Source: Ylistrum balloti
Lineage: Eukaryota
Direction of reading: 5' to 3'
DNA: 64,000 bases
Assembly: GCF_031769215.1 (NCBI RefSeq)
Contig: NW_026782621.1
Span: 186,001 to 250,000, forward strand
The notes beneath the pieces were generated by a model, which worked only from the letters and a program-made list of their open reading frames with translations, did not search any database and was not told the origin of the DNA. Shown piece after piece: positions 23,304 to 35,755 of the stretch. Positions within the stretch are counted from its first letter, which is position 1. Every line of letters begins with the position of its first letter. A program made the position numbers and the translations under genes.

Positions 23304-26239
23304 TTTCTTCAGCAAACCTAAAACAATGATATGTTTGTAATTTAAGCGTAATGATATAAGCATTTATTACTGTAATCTCTGAATACAACTGCTTTGCATA
23401 ACACATTACAACATCTAGTGCATGAATGTTTTATATCAGAATAATGCATATCTAATAATATAATTTTCTTTAAAATAAGAAAGAAGAAAGTAATTCAAAT
23501 TAACAACGGTTTTATATTCAAATCAAAGAAGTTTTGTTGTTGTCTCTTTAATTCTAAGATATTTTCCTTTTGATGTCAGCAGTAGGAGTTTTGATATTGT
23601 CAACGATGAGATTTTATCACGGATTTAAAAAAAACCCACACAAGCTGAGGAATACAAAATTTAGCTAAGTCATAAATAGTCTCAATTCAACTTCGTGTAT
23701 TCATAATCAAAACACTTAGCTTTGAAATAAATTGGAAAGCGAACCGCAAATCAACGTCAAGGTTAACATTTGTAGACAAATTTTATCAATATGTTAGAGA
23801 TCTCAGAAAACAAAAAATAAGGATTTGAATCTGGATTATTTTTGCGTCCTTGTACCTTATTCTGAATTTGTACAGAAATGTGTTATCGCGAATTTTTGCT
23901 TTCTGGCTATCTTTCATACGCTATGCAGGTTTCTGCCGATCGATTACACTGTGAAACGGAGTCACCTGTGTTTACGTTATTTACATTGTACTAAGTATTA
24001 TCATTTTTAAGTAAATTTTAATTGTCTTTACTTCTAATATACATAAGTGATGACACCTTACCTTCTAATCCGATAAACCATATATCTGTCCCTCTTCCTT
24101 CAGTGCCGTTTTGCTTTGGCACAAAGGAGAATTGATCACATAATTTGCTATTTTTAGCCTATTTGTAAGACCAACCACCTCCCCTTCAGTGTAGGTTCCA
24201 CGAATGCACCTCTTGACATTAACTGCTGCATAATGCCTATTCTCTTTCCTTGTTAGCATTACCCGATCGTGCAATAGCTCTATTAAATGTGTATTACATT
24301 CAGTTGTTCATAATTTTAAAAAACCAGCAACATGTACCCTACTGATCTCTAGTCATATGCTCTTTATTTATTTATGCACAAGTCAGTCGTAGATAACTTC
24401 GTTTTATTGTTAGACGTGGAAGGATTTTTTCCAGAACTAAACATACATTTAAATGCAAACAGATAAAGACACTATGCTGGGTTCACGTAGTCTATTATAC
24501 TGTTTTATTTGTTTAAATAGACTAGATTTCAATACAAAGGAAGGAGCGGCTTTTAACTGGTATAATTCCTTCTGACATTGGTTCAAAAATGCTTCACAAT
24601 GAAGTGAATACAATGCACGCGTTAGAGCGACGAACCACTATTAACCTAAGCAATTCTCAACTCCAACTTTACAATACAAGGAGCTCTTCTGCTAGTACAT
24701 GTTTTATATAATAAAAAATAAAGATATTATATAGTTATTCACTTTTGTGTGTTTTGTACAATCTCTACATTTACATCTGAGGTATGTACGTTTCCCATTT
24801 TAGTGAAAAACAAACCCAAACGGCATGATAAAAGCGAGTGTATTCAAAAGCGAAAGATTTATTCATTTGATATCAATATATATTTTGACGATGTAAATCA
24901 CATAAAAGAGATTACAGAAAGCCTTTTAGATGACATATTAGAATTCGAACAGCTATAGATACATTTAATTGACGTTTCCAAAAATGTTTCTGTTTGATAT
25001 AATGTTAATGGTTAAACATTCCGTTATAAATAACATTGATATCACACCACACGTGAAGTGGTAGTGTTTGCCCTTAGACATCAATTAAGGGTTTTCAGGT
25101 GTATTTGATGTGGTTGGGTTATCGATGTTCAATGAGTTTGTAGAGATAAAATATCATAACAACTTTGTATCACTTGATAAACATATCATTTATACTGATA
25201 AATAAGCTGTACTGATAATCTATGTCTGAAGTTGATTATGTTCCTATTTGCAGATTGAAAGTAAACAAGAGGCCCATTGGGCCCCGCTCCTCTCGCCATA
25301 GGGACCCTACAAGAATAGCTGAATTATTCTCTTTATTATGTAGCGTTTAAAATCATGACGATATCATGTTCGTGGAGAGGACGTTTTTGCAACACTATTG
25401 CTTTAATGCTATGATGTGACTTATCGACAATATTTATTATTACTTCATATAACATGGCATGTTTTGCAAGAAGTCGTTGTGACTTCCAAAGTACCATTGT
25501 TGCAAACTTATTGTAATAAATTATTTATTGTTAAAGTTATTACATTAAGGAATTGCAATAAGCTGAAATATATTACGGTCAACAACGCTTATTGTTATAA
25601 ACACATGATTTATTACAATAAGGTTAACTGTAATGTAATTATTACTTCATAAGACAAACTGTGGCAAAATACATCTACTCTCAGTCCAGCACATCATTCT
25701 TAAAGTAATTTCTCGTAACTTCGTAGTGGACTCAATCCGCATAACGTGCTTCTTAAATTATTATGTTTTGATAACATACAACTAAATAACATACTGAAAA
25801 CAATTCTACATGATTTTTTTCTAAAAAAAACCCCACTAAAATCATAATGTAAGTGGCTAGAATTGGCCGTGCGACCTGTAATTTTTTAAAGCCAGTCAAC
25901 AGGGAGAACCTACGTGTTACGTTTGAGATAAATATGTTTGTTTAGATATATTGCTATAGCAATAATCTTTTGTTTGCAGTAGAACGACAGAGAGATAACG
26001 AGCCACAAGCCGTGTTGATAGGCTATCCATTTCATTAACTGGATTAACAAGGGGGGGGGGGGGTGTCATTGTTACCACAATAGTATATGTAAAGCCACCA
26101 ATACTATTACTCCCGTCCGCCTTTAGATACTCGTATAAAAATCATTTTTGTTTCAGTTTTCGGTTTTGTCGCTATACTTGTGATCGGGTTGTCGAATATG
26201 CAGTGCAGATCTAAATATACAATGCACACACAACTGTTT

Positions 26240-26700
26240 ACAAGAGCATCACACTGATGAATGCTCCCGAAAACTGCTTTATTGGACACAAAATTTTGAC
26301 AAAGGGTAATAATTCTGTAATTAGGGAGTTGCAGTATCTACAAAGCTTATTTACCAATTTTAGATGCAAGTAATATGATGCGCTCTACTCACCAGTTTTT
26401 AAGAAAGGGCAATATCTCTGAATCAAGGGGTTGCGGGCCTTGAATTTGGTATACTACACATCGTCTTAATATGATCAATATATATACCAAGTTTCGTTAT
26501 CTAAATTAAATAAAGCAAAATGATGCTGCGGACATGTATTGAGGGAACAAGGCCCCTGAATTTGGTACAATACACATCCCTTTAGTATGTCCAATGTATA
26601 AATTCATGATCTTTGCTTAAATAAGGGCAGATTTATACTCTGGACATGAATGGAAGGACGGACGAAAAAGGCGGCGACTATATGCTCCCCCGGAAAACCT
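26240..26700 (+). mobile_element. HINE-like (Helentron-associated) non-autonomous element, 3' hairpin incomplete
   Basis: 5' ACAAGAG-CATCA-cac-TGATG palindrome followed by ATGCTCCC. Internal duplicated CCTTGAATTTGGTATACTACACATC / CCCTGAATTTGGTACAATACACATC, a GGAAGGACGGACG microsatellite, and 3' GCGACTATATGCTCCCCC. This layout matches bivalve HINEs as I recall them. Confidence 0.6.
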
Positions 26701-29483
26701 AACAGCATTATGTGCATTGATTTGACACATCATAGGTAATGTAATATCTTTATTAATGTATTACCATTGTGTGAAGGGTTGTAATATTTAATGTACTCTC
26801 AAAATCACTTGTATCAGGGAAGGGAAGTAACTCTTCAGATATCCAGAAACATAAATTCAGATTGCTTCAAGTAGAAACGATTACAAACTGAAAGCGTAAA
26901 AATCTAATATGGCTACCTGCCTCAAAATACAACCGACGTAATAAGACAACAAGTACACATGCAATTAAAGTTTTGAAATACTTCATCCTGCTATTCTTCA
27001 GAAATATCACTTACCTTTCAGAATGAAAGCATTCGTACTAGCCTGCTGTTACAACCAGATGCTCAAGGAAAACTACAGGTGATATTTGAGAACGACCCAT
27101 GTAGGACTCCATGTTAAGAAATTTATAACAAACTTTATCTGTCAAATACGATGTCAAATACGAAAAAGGCTATCCAGACCAATATTTAAATCAACCTGGC
27201 ACATCCAGGCATCAAGGCCGTCCTACATCATATGTGCGATAAAGATACGTCGAGTGCTTTGCAAGAAATAAACAGGAATTGTAAGCAGGACGACGGAAAG
27301 ACAACGGAGTATTGAGGATGTTGATAAGATATCCATTTCATCTTTTTCGTTAACTACATCGGGTATTATTATATCCGTTATAGTGTAGGTATAATTGCTA
27401 GTAAACCGATTTCCCTCACCTTTTAGCAATTCTTATACAGACGACAGCGAATCTTTCTCCTTCCTAATCATTGTCGATGTTTTCCTTCAGTAACACCATC
27501 CGTCTTCTTTCTCTACCAATATGACTTCATTACTATATATATATACAGCCACTGGTAGGTAAGTCACATTATCAGTAGAAAGGATATATTTATCAGTATA
27601 GACATTGATATCAGCTGTATTTTTTTATCTCAAACAACTCGATTTGTATGGAGGCTTTAAATAAAACGTGCCATGACTGATTTTACACGCCAGAAGTATT
27701 AAATAATCTAATAGATAAATTGCCAATATGGGAAAAGTTGCAGCGTTTTATTTCTAGAGCTGCAAATTCGAAAGCATCACTGACAACATCATCCAATTAG
27801 ACAAATGCTGAACTGGTTAATGTTTGTTGTGGATTTTTTTTTCTTTTTGTCACCATACCATTAACATAAGAACGTTTATTAGCAAACTCCGAAAGAAAAT
27901 ACTACAAGAAATATATAGTTTATCATCTAGTGAAAATATTAAATCATTGTCCAAATAGAGCACACTTCTAGCCTTCCATGATATACTTGTAAGATAAATG
28001 ATTTTATATCATGTAGATATAAGATATATCTACGGTCATACAACAGGAATCCACGTTTATTTATAAGTACGGACACAAGGACCTTTTCCTGTATCTATAT
28101 TATCTCCGAAATTCACACGTGTTATCCGGCTACTTGAACGCTATCAAATGATGCTTGTTTATCGGCGATATGTGATATGTGATATGTCGCTATAAATGCG
28201 AGTGGATTATCGAACATTAACTCTGTAATTACAATGCAGCAAATACCTGACAGAGTCATACATTATACTGATAAAAATGTAAGTAGAAAATTAATACAAT
28301 TTGTTAAAAATTATTTATACTATTAAAATACATTGTAATGTTGTCTTACAATTAACATGATTATGATATTACGTTAATGATATTCCGAATTGTAGGTTTG
28401 AATTTGGGAAGAATCACTACCGGAAAATTTCTTAAAAATAATAGTTATTGGATTACTTCACCTGCTAGACATCAGGAAGTAATACAAAGCATAGACGGGA
28501 CCCGATGTGTTCAGTGCGAAATCCAACACCCGCTGTAGGATCTCCAATGAAAGAAGGTCGAATAACGGAGGGGACGAAGAAAAAAGGACGAAAAAAGAAT
28601 AAGGTAAAAAGTGTGGGGAATGCCAGAGAATAACAGATAGACAGTAAGGGACACTAATATGTTTATATTCCGTCTATTAATTATTACATTTGAACTGTTC
28701 TTGAAATCCTCCAAATCAATTTATTGATGAAGGGAAGTAACTCTTCTGATATTAAATATAAAATATATCGAAGACAGCCACGGATATTAACAATGATGTG
28801 GATATGCCAGATCAATTTTTGTGCAATTAATTATATGTCCGTGAAAGGAAAAAACAACATGAACAAATTAATCTGCGATTGTAAATAAACAACAGATTCA
28901 TATCAATCGAATCTGGTGAAATATGTCCGAACTAATCTTATTTCCTTCCTGTTCCAGCAGTATTACTGAGTTAAAGTGAGATATTTTCCATTATCGTTAG
29001 TCAGTATTATAATGTGATTCGCTTTCCATCACATTTTGTCAGTGTTATAAGGTTTAATTAGTATCATAGGGTTTATGTGACCTGTTTTCCTCACCTTTAG
29101 TTAGTATCATAGGTTTCAAATTACCTTTTCCCTCTCAATCTCAGGATATGTTAAATTATTGAAATCACTCTGTTTTCCTCACTTTTAGTCAATGTTATAG
29201 ATTTCAAGTAACATGATTCCGTCTCTTTCGGACAGTTTCATAGGGTTCAAGAAACCTTTCACCCGGGCCTTTTGTCGGTGTTACAAATTTTGAGTAACAT
29301 GTTTTTAGTCTCTTTAATCCATTTACAGAAGTGGACTTTATTCCTTCACCAACAAGTCAGTATCATAGTTTCATCGGCCTATTTCTTTCACCTGTTTACC
29401 CTTACCTTCAGGCAGTATGATAGGGCACGTTTTTTTTTATTATTATTATTTATTTTTGTTTTTCTGTGTGTGTAAGTGTGTGT

Positions 29484-29520
29484 TTTTTTTTTTTTTTTTT
29501 TGGGGGGGGGGGGGGGGGGG
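29484..29520. repeat. Poly-T followed by poly-G tract (about 19 G)
   Basis: Seen directly. A second G-run occurs at about 26050-26063. Confidence 0.85.
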
Positions 29521-30054
29521 TTGTTACATTTTTGGCAGTACTAAATGAGTGAACTGCTCCAGAACAAATTTAATCTTGTCACCAAATCGTTTCAGAATTC
29601 AGATATAGTTGTTGTTCCAATTTACTGCTGAATAGTGTATGTAAAAAATCTTGCCAACATGCTTTAATCATTTGTCATTGATTAAATTCAGCATCGTTTT
29701 GATGTTGTTGTTTCGGTGGTGGTGGTTTTGTTTTGTGAATGTACTTTTGAATATCTAAATAAAACACAATGTCTCCTACTAGTTAATTCATATTTATTGT
29801 ATCACACAGATATTTCGGTTTTGAGCATTCTTCGGTGAAACTAGGCGCTAAGATATATCAGGAAAGGAAGTAAGAAAAATAAACAAACAAACAAAAATGT
29901 CAACATAATCATTATCCATACCCATACTCAAATTCAATAAAATACGAGTTTTATAAAAACGAAAGAAAGACTTACACGGAGACTTGAAAAAGTACAAGAA
30001 GAATAAGACGAAGTGTTCCGGGAGAGTAAGCGTCCTAAATCGAAGACACCCGAT

Positions 30055-30108
30055 ATGAAACAATGGTCAATCCAAGTAAGAAATGCCACGTTCTCAAATG
30101 AGGACAAG
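30055..30108 (+). CDS. Candidate first coding exon of the CNG channel gene (MKQWSIQVRNATFSNEDK)
   Basis: First ATG after an in-frame TAA, with a phase-0 donor AAG|GTAAAC compatible with the exon at 32109. Confidence 0.35.
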
Positions 30109-32108
30109 GTAAACAACAGCGGAAACAACGGGAAAACGCACATCAAACACGTCCAGTTTCATATCTTACAAAAATAGAACATTTCTAATGAGATCTCTAT
30201 GACGACTGTAAAACATCTCCATAATTTTCCTCAATCTGCATCTTTTGAAACACTTTGTTATGAATTTATCCGCCATTTGATGACATCTTGCACGAAAATC
30301 GCGATAAACGGAACAGGCCCTTATAAAAACAAACTAAATCCTCTTCAAACAAGTCATTATATAAGAGGAGAGACACTTTACGAAAAATCAATTAATTTCA
30401 TGTGATTTTTCACTTGTGTAAAACCGAAATATTATATTGATTATTTTACCAAATTATTGAAATAAGATGCCGCAAATACTTTCTGATTACTGAATACGGA
30501 TCGAGAAATTTACATCATTATATCAATTAGAGTTTTGATACCTCATATATTCATAAATAAAGCAGCGCAGAGTATATCAACCAGTAAACACATTTCTTGA
30601 AATACAGCTATACTGCAACATCATCGATCAAATTTGATTATTTTGAAGGTAGATGATAGAATCTTTCAAACACACATCTTAATTCTTTGTAATAGTGTTA
30701 TTTATCTCTTACAATTAAAAAAAACTATTTGACATAGATCGTTCAGCAAGAAAGATGATGAAAGAATGCGTACCGGCTTACGTAACAGAAGCAAATGTTT
30801 GTAACTGAAAGTGATGTGTTTCTGATCTGCTCGTGATGGTATATTGGAATTGCCATCTATCTCCATTGCACTCCATTACGTGATGTTTTACGCAGATATT
30901 TGTCTACATACCGCAATCTGTTCTGTTACTTCCGATACATTGTAAATTAGGAAGAAGGGACACGTATATACAGTTCAATATCAGATCAATTCCAGACGGG
31001 TTTTAACTACGCCTATTTGGTTTTTACTCGTTTGTTATGCAGTGAGGCGTATATATACAAAACAGCGACACAGCGGGGGATAAATTTCTACATCTATCGA
31101 TCATGTAGTAACAGATTTGTCAGCTTGACATTAACATAAAAAATCTCCAAAATCATTTATTTGTAAAGATTTTTATATTTTGAATAACAGAATATAATCC
31201 CTTTTTACATTTTGCGTTTCAAAACACTCTTTTATCCAGGTGTAATATATCAAAGACTATACAAACAGCATCGATTATACTTTTATCATTAAAATGTCAA
31301 TCTAACAGGACCGATATTTCTTTATCAATGTAAATGTTAAGGTGACCACTCTCTATTTTACTGCATCAAAGTGAATCCTTCTTTAAATAGCTTTACGGAT
31401 TTTTCAATTCCATCCAAACTTATAGATCCTAATTAAAAATATCACATCTTTGATGAATCAGAGAGTAGCTAAACCCTTTACTCCAAATACAAACGGTACC
31501 TGTGTATTACAGGTAGATAAATCTCTATGCATTTAATGAATATTTTATTTTCATTTCTTTAACCCATAGATAGATAAATGTCTCGCCACAGTTGAAAACA
31601 TGTTCATGACCTTCTTGCACTTATAGAATCAAGCATGAAGATATAGATATGAATCATAAAATGGTCAATGGATTTCCGGATAAAAACATGCAATCATCTA
31701 AATTATTTATGGCTTCGGTTAATCAAATCTAGCTATTTATGTAAAATAACGATCCCTAGAGAGCTGTTTATAGTTACCTATTATATCCAGCATGTACAAA
31801 TCGGCATACACTGTGTGTTGCAACTAGCTACTGGATTTACCCTAGACGGACAGATGTGGCAGAGCTAGCCGTTACTACACACTGCTATACATAAAAGACT
31901 CCCTATCAATAATATATTATAAACATATTTATCAAGTCCTAAATCACAAACTGTAAGCATGTAATTTGTCAAACAGAAGGATGATGGTCAGTTTGCGGAT
32001 AATGGACTTACTTGGAGTATTACAATTTGAATGAGACATGTTGCGTGTTCCTGTGCTATATCCTCCTACTAAAGTTGGAATGTGTGACTTTTTGTGACAA
32101 TGTTTCAG

Positions 32109-32183
32109 CCGGTGAAAAAGCTCAATTCCAGGAGGCCAACACTTATACCTCGGCGATGGGCTCCTGTTCTGCATTCGGCAAAG
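32109..32183 (+). CDS. Candidate upstream exon of the CNG channel gene (PVKKLNSRRPTLIPRRWAPVLHSAK)
   Basis: Acceptor TGTTTCAG| and strong donor AAG|GTGAG; 75 nt, phase 0-0, stop-free. Confidence 0.5.
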
Positions 32184-35100
32184 GTGAGATTTTTTTACGC
32201 ATAGTTATCGCCAAAAAATTGTTCATATTGTAGACAATGTAGAGATAATCGTGAGTAGTTTTAAGACAATTGTAGACGGTGTTTGTTTTGTTTTGTTTTC
32301 AGGAAATTGGTATCAAAATTCTGACACCAGCATGATAACTATCAGTATAAAACGGCCACTTATATCTATTGACTTTATATTCATGGTCTTGATATTCTGC
32401 ATATTTTTTTTTTATATTCGCTGATCAAAACTTTATAACTACTGATAATAGAATAACTAGCAAACAAATGTACATACTTCGACGGGTAGTCAATACAAAA
32501 CATCTATAATTATATGTTCAACATTTTTATATAAAAATACGGAACGCATGTTTACTAAATATTTTGCAATATGTTATTAATAACTAGAATATGATCTATC
32601 TATTACTCCATTTGATCTAAATCTAACAATATTTTGAAAGGAAATCAGAAGTAAACCTAAATATGTGGAAGTTCATGCCGACTCCTTTGATTTAAAAATC
32701 AAATATTTATTCATTTCGGAATGCTATCCCAATCCTTTAACCAATTCTGCAACATAATTTATAATACGTTTGACCTGTGTATGTTTACTATGATGGGAAT
32801 TGATGATGATTGTTGTTGATCATCGGAAGTCCACACGTTGCTTTTTTAAGAGAATGGAAAGAATGGGGCTTATATCTTGACGTTACTACAAATCAATCCC
32901 GATCAACATCCCATGTGTCTGATGGCGCATTATAGTGTCAGTGGTGTGTTGAAACTGATCCTGTGACTCTCAAATGCCGTCGGATGTTTGATTAAGCTTA
33001 ATTATTCTATACTTGAAAATTAGATTAGATAATTAATGTCATAATATTAATCTCAAGTTTTGTGAAAAAAAAATGACAAAAACTGAGAAAATTTGTTTGT
33101 ACTGAGTACACAGAAGTAACATACACTATCGTTTCAACTCTTAGAAACAGTTTAGTGCAAGTCCATACAATTTGACATGAACTTGCTTTGCATTTACACA
33201 TATAAAACATTTCAATGTCCTTTTATTCAGGTAAAACTGCCATTGACATATTGTCATTGTTTGATATAAGGTCCCATGGACACGACACTTTTCAAACATA
33301 TAAGTTTTAACAACATGTCTCTAAGTTTTATCTTTATTTACTATCGAATGTCAAAGAGCAATGTTAAATGTAATTATACTTTTCTCGTGTAAGTTCTACT
33401 TTTTTTATTTATTTATTTATTGTCAGTCTATTTAGAAGAAATGCGGGAGGCCAGGTTAGTCAGGTTCCGTCGCAGTTTTAGTGTTACACCATAATACGTC
33501 TACAATTCCTAGTGTTTAAATCAATGAAATATCGACAGTATAGAAATAGTTCTACCTCAAAATTTGGGCTCATTTTGATTTCCTTTCCGACATGAATGTC
33601 ATTTCATGTCTCTCGTTAGAGTGTGTGGTTTGGTTGTCACAAATACAAGAAGAAAATATCGACTTATCAAAAGAATCTTAATGATAGTCAAAAAGAGAAA
33701 ACGAGGGCAGAATACGTAAGATTAATGTAGAAACCTTCAAACAAGTACAAGGAGTTCAAAACATGGTAAATGCATCCACCCTGCTCATCTTGGTAAAGTC
33801 AAGAATGTGATGGCACATTCTACAATTTTCAACGAGAATGAGACCAATGTTAAAAGTAAGCAAACCAGTATGCTTACTAGCGTCCTGTCTTTCGTGTATA
33901 TTATCATCGTGAAAATAGATGTCTATATATCGTTCGTTAATTTCTTTTCACACTGATATGCAACCTGTTTGCGCTTCGTTATCTTCTGTTGACACTCTAT
34001 AATTTCTTATTTTAATCTTTCACAAAAAGTATGTTTTCCTTTTGTTCTGATTGCTATGATTGAAATGAAAGATTGATTCTTTTGCACGATTTGCAATCTA
34101 TTTACAAAATCACAAAAGGAAGCACAATGAAGCTCATGAGTACCATTTCAACAATATATATATCGTGGTAAATTTTGCATGATTTTCTAACCACTGAAGT
34201 AACATGGCTGGATCGAATACCGATTATAAATCCATTTGGATTCATCACGGTTTGGCAAATATTTACATTAACCAATTCATGAAACGAGGAAGATGTCGTT
34301 ACATTGTGGGGAAGAGATTAATGTCGATCCCGCGTACTTTGTTATACGTCTAGTGACAATAAACACATCACTAAGTGATAAACTCCTCTACAAACATAGG
34401 CAGAGTATATACTAGGTGTTCGTATTATCGTCCAAATGGTAATTCATGCAGGCTTTCTTGATCGGCCAGCGTTGTCTTGTTAGCGGTTGTTATTGGTGTT
34501 TGCATACCGTGTCTATTACTTGTCATTTTATATCCTATGGAAATATCAAAACCGAATCTCTTCACTTTTAATGGCTCCTGTTCACGCTGAATAACTTCAT
34601 AACGATGAAAAAACTTATGGCTTTCATGTTATGTTTTGTATCAAACCACAATAACTAGCCTTCGATATACGTTAATAAAGCCGACAGAAATGACACTGGA
34701 ATGCATCTTCCTGTACATGTCACAATTTGTTATAGTTGAAGATTACATATAAAATATACAATGTTTCTCAGCATTAGGACTCTATATTAAACAATAAGAT
34801 AGAAAATATCATAATCTGGAAAATTTTTATCACCCAGGTTTTATTATTGATACGAGGCGAATTTCGGTCCGATTTTGGAACTATAAAAAAGCAGTTAAAT
34901 CAATTAATATGACATACAGAATTCTTAGATTCTGAAAAAAGCATTGTTGAAACTTCATTGATTTAACAACAATTCCTAAACAAGTCATGTAATTATATAT
35001 TTTACACACTTGTGGCTTAGGTGAAAGGCGATTTCGTTATTCCTGCACCATCAAACCACTCCTGTCTATATGAGGACTAGTATGAGTAATCATAGTCAAG

Positions 35101-35690
35101 TAGCTGCCCTCTGAAATATATCTCATTTGTCAAACCAAAGGTCTCAACCTTCTCTACCAATTACTGGTCTTGAAGCAAATTACAATAGTGTCGCGTTTTC
35201 AATGATATGCATACAAGTGGGACTGTATTACTTTGACCAGTATCGACCACAGATATGGCAGGCGCTGTTTATGGCGTGCGAAATCATTTTCCTTCTTGCA
35301 ATAAATTGGAACTGTATATTTGTATCGCTCAGAAACCGTTTTAAGATACAACAATTTGAATTGATCTGTTGACAATTTAGCTTGATTTTATTATGTCAAC
35401 AGTTAAATCTTTAAAATAAATAATTCACCACAGATTAATATATAAGTTACTTAATTTATTCATATAAAAAGGATATCCGCATGGAAAGAAAATTAAAGGC
35501 ATGTATGATCAAATACTGGTAGAACTATCTATCAAGAGGACTGTCAATACTTAATGTTGTCACAACGCGTCCACACTACAAACCAAAGGGCAGAGTAACA
35601 GTTAGGCCGGAACCGGTGTGACGAGACACAAACGTTCCGGATTACACTAAGGAGAATAGACTAAACACAAAGTATTTATATATGTTGCAG

Positions 35691-35755
35691 TGTAACGATG
35701 AATTTGAAGATGAAGACGACGTTGAGGATACCAAGACTGTTAATTCAAAAATAAG
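35691..35755 (+). CDS. Candidate upstream exon of the CNG channel gene (CNDEFEDEDDVEDTKTVNSKIR)
   Basis: Acceptor TGTTGCAG| and donor AAG|GTATGT; phase 0-2. It joins in frame to the phase-2 acceptor at 42465 (R|RIEGLMETC). Confidence 0.55.

Noticed and set aside
27080-27530. Nearly open minus frame containing EVILVEKEDGWCY (SH3-like) and a hydrophobic stretch
   Set aside because: Multiple stops and no other SH3 motifs (ALYDY, GxxP.NY); too little to support a call.
19154-28433. Identical 14-mer CCGGAAAATTTCTT at 19154 and 28420, Rel/NF-kB-like, upstream of each CARD gene
   Set aside because: It does not fit GGGRNNYYCC well, flanks are unrelated, and an AT-rich 14-mer match is expected by chance in 64 kb.
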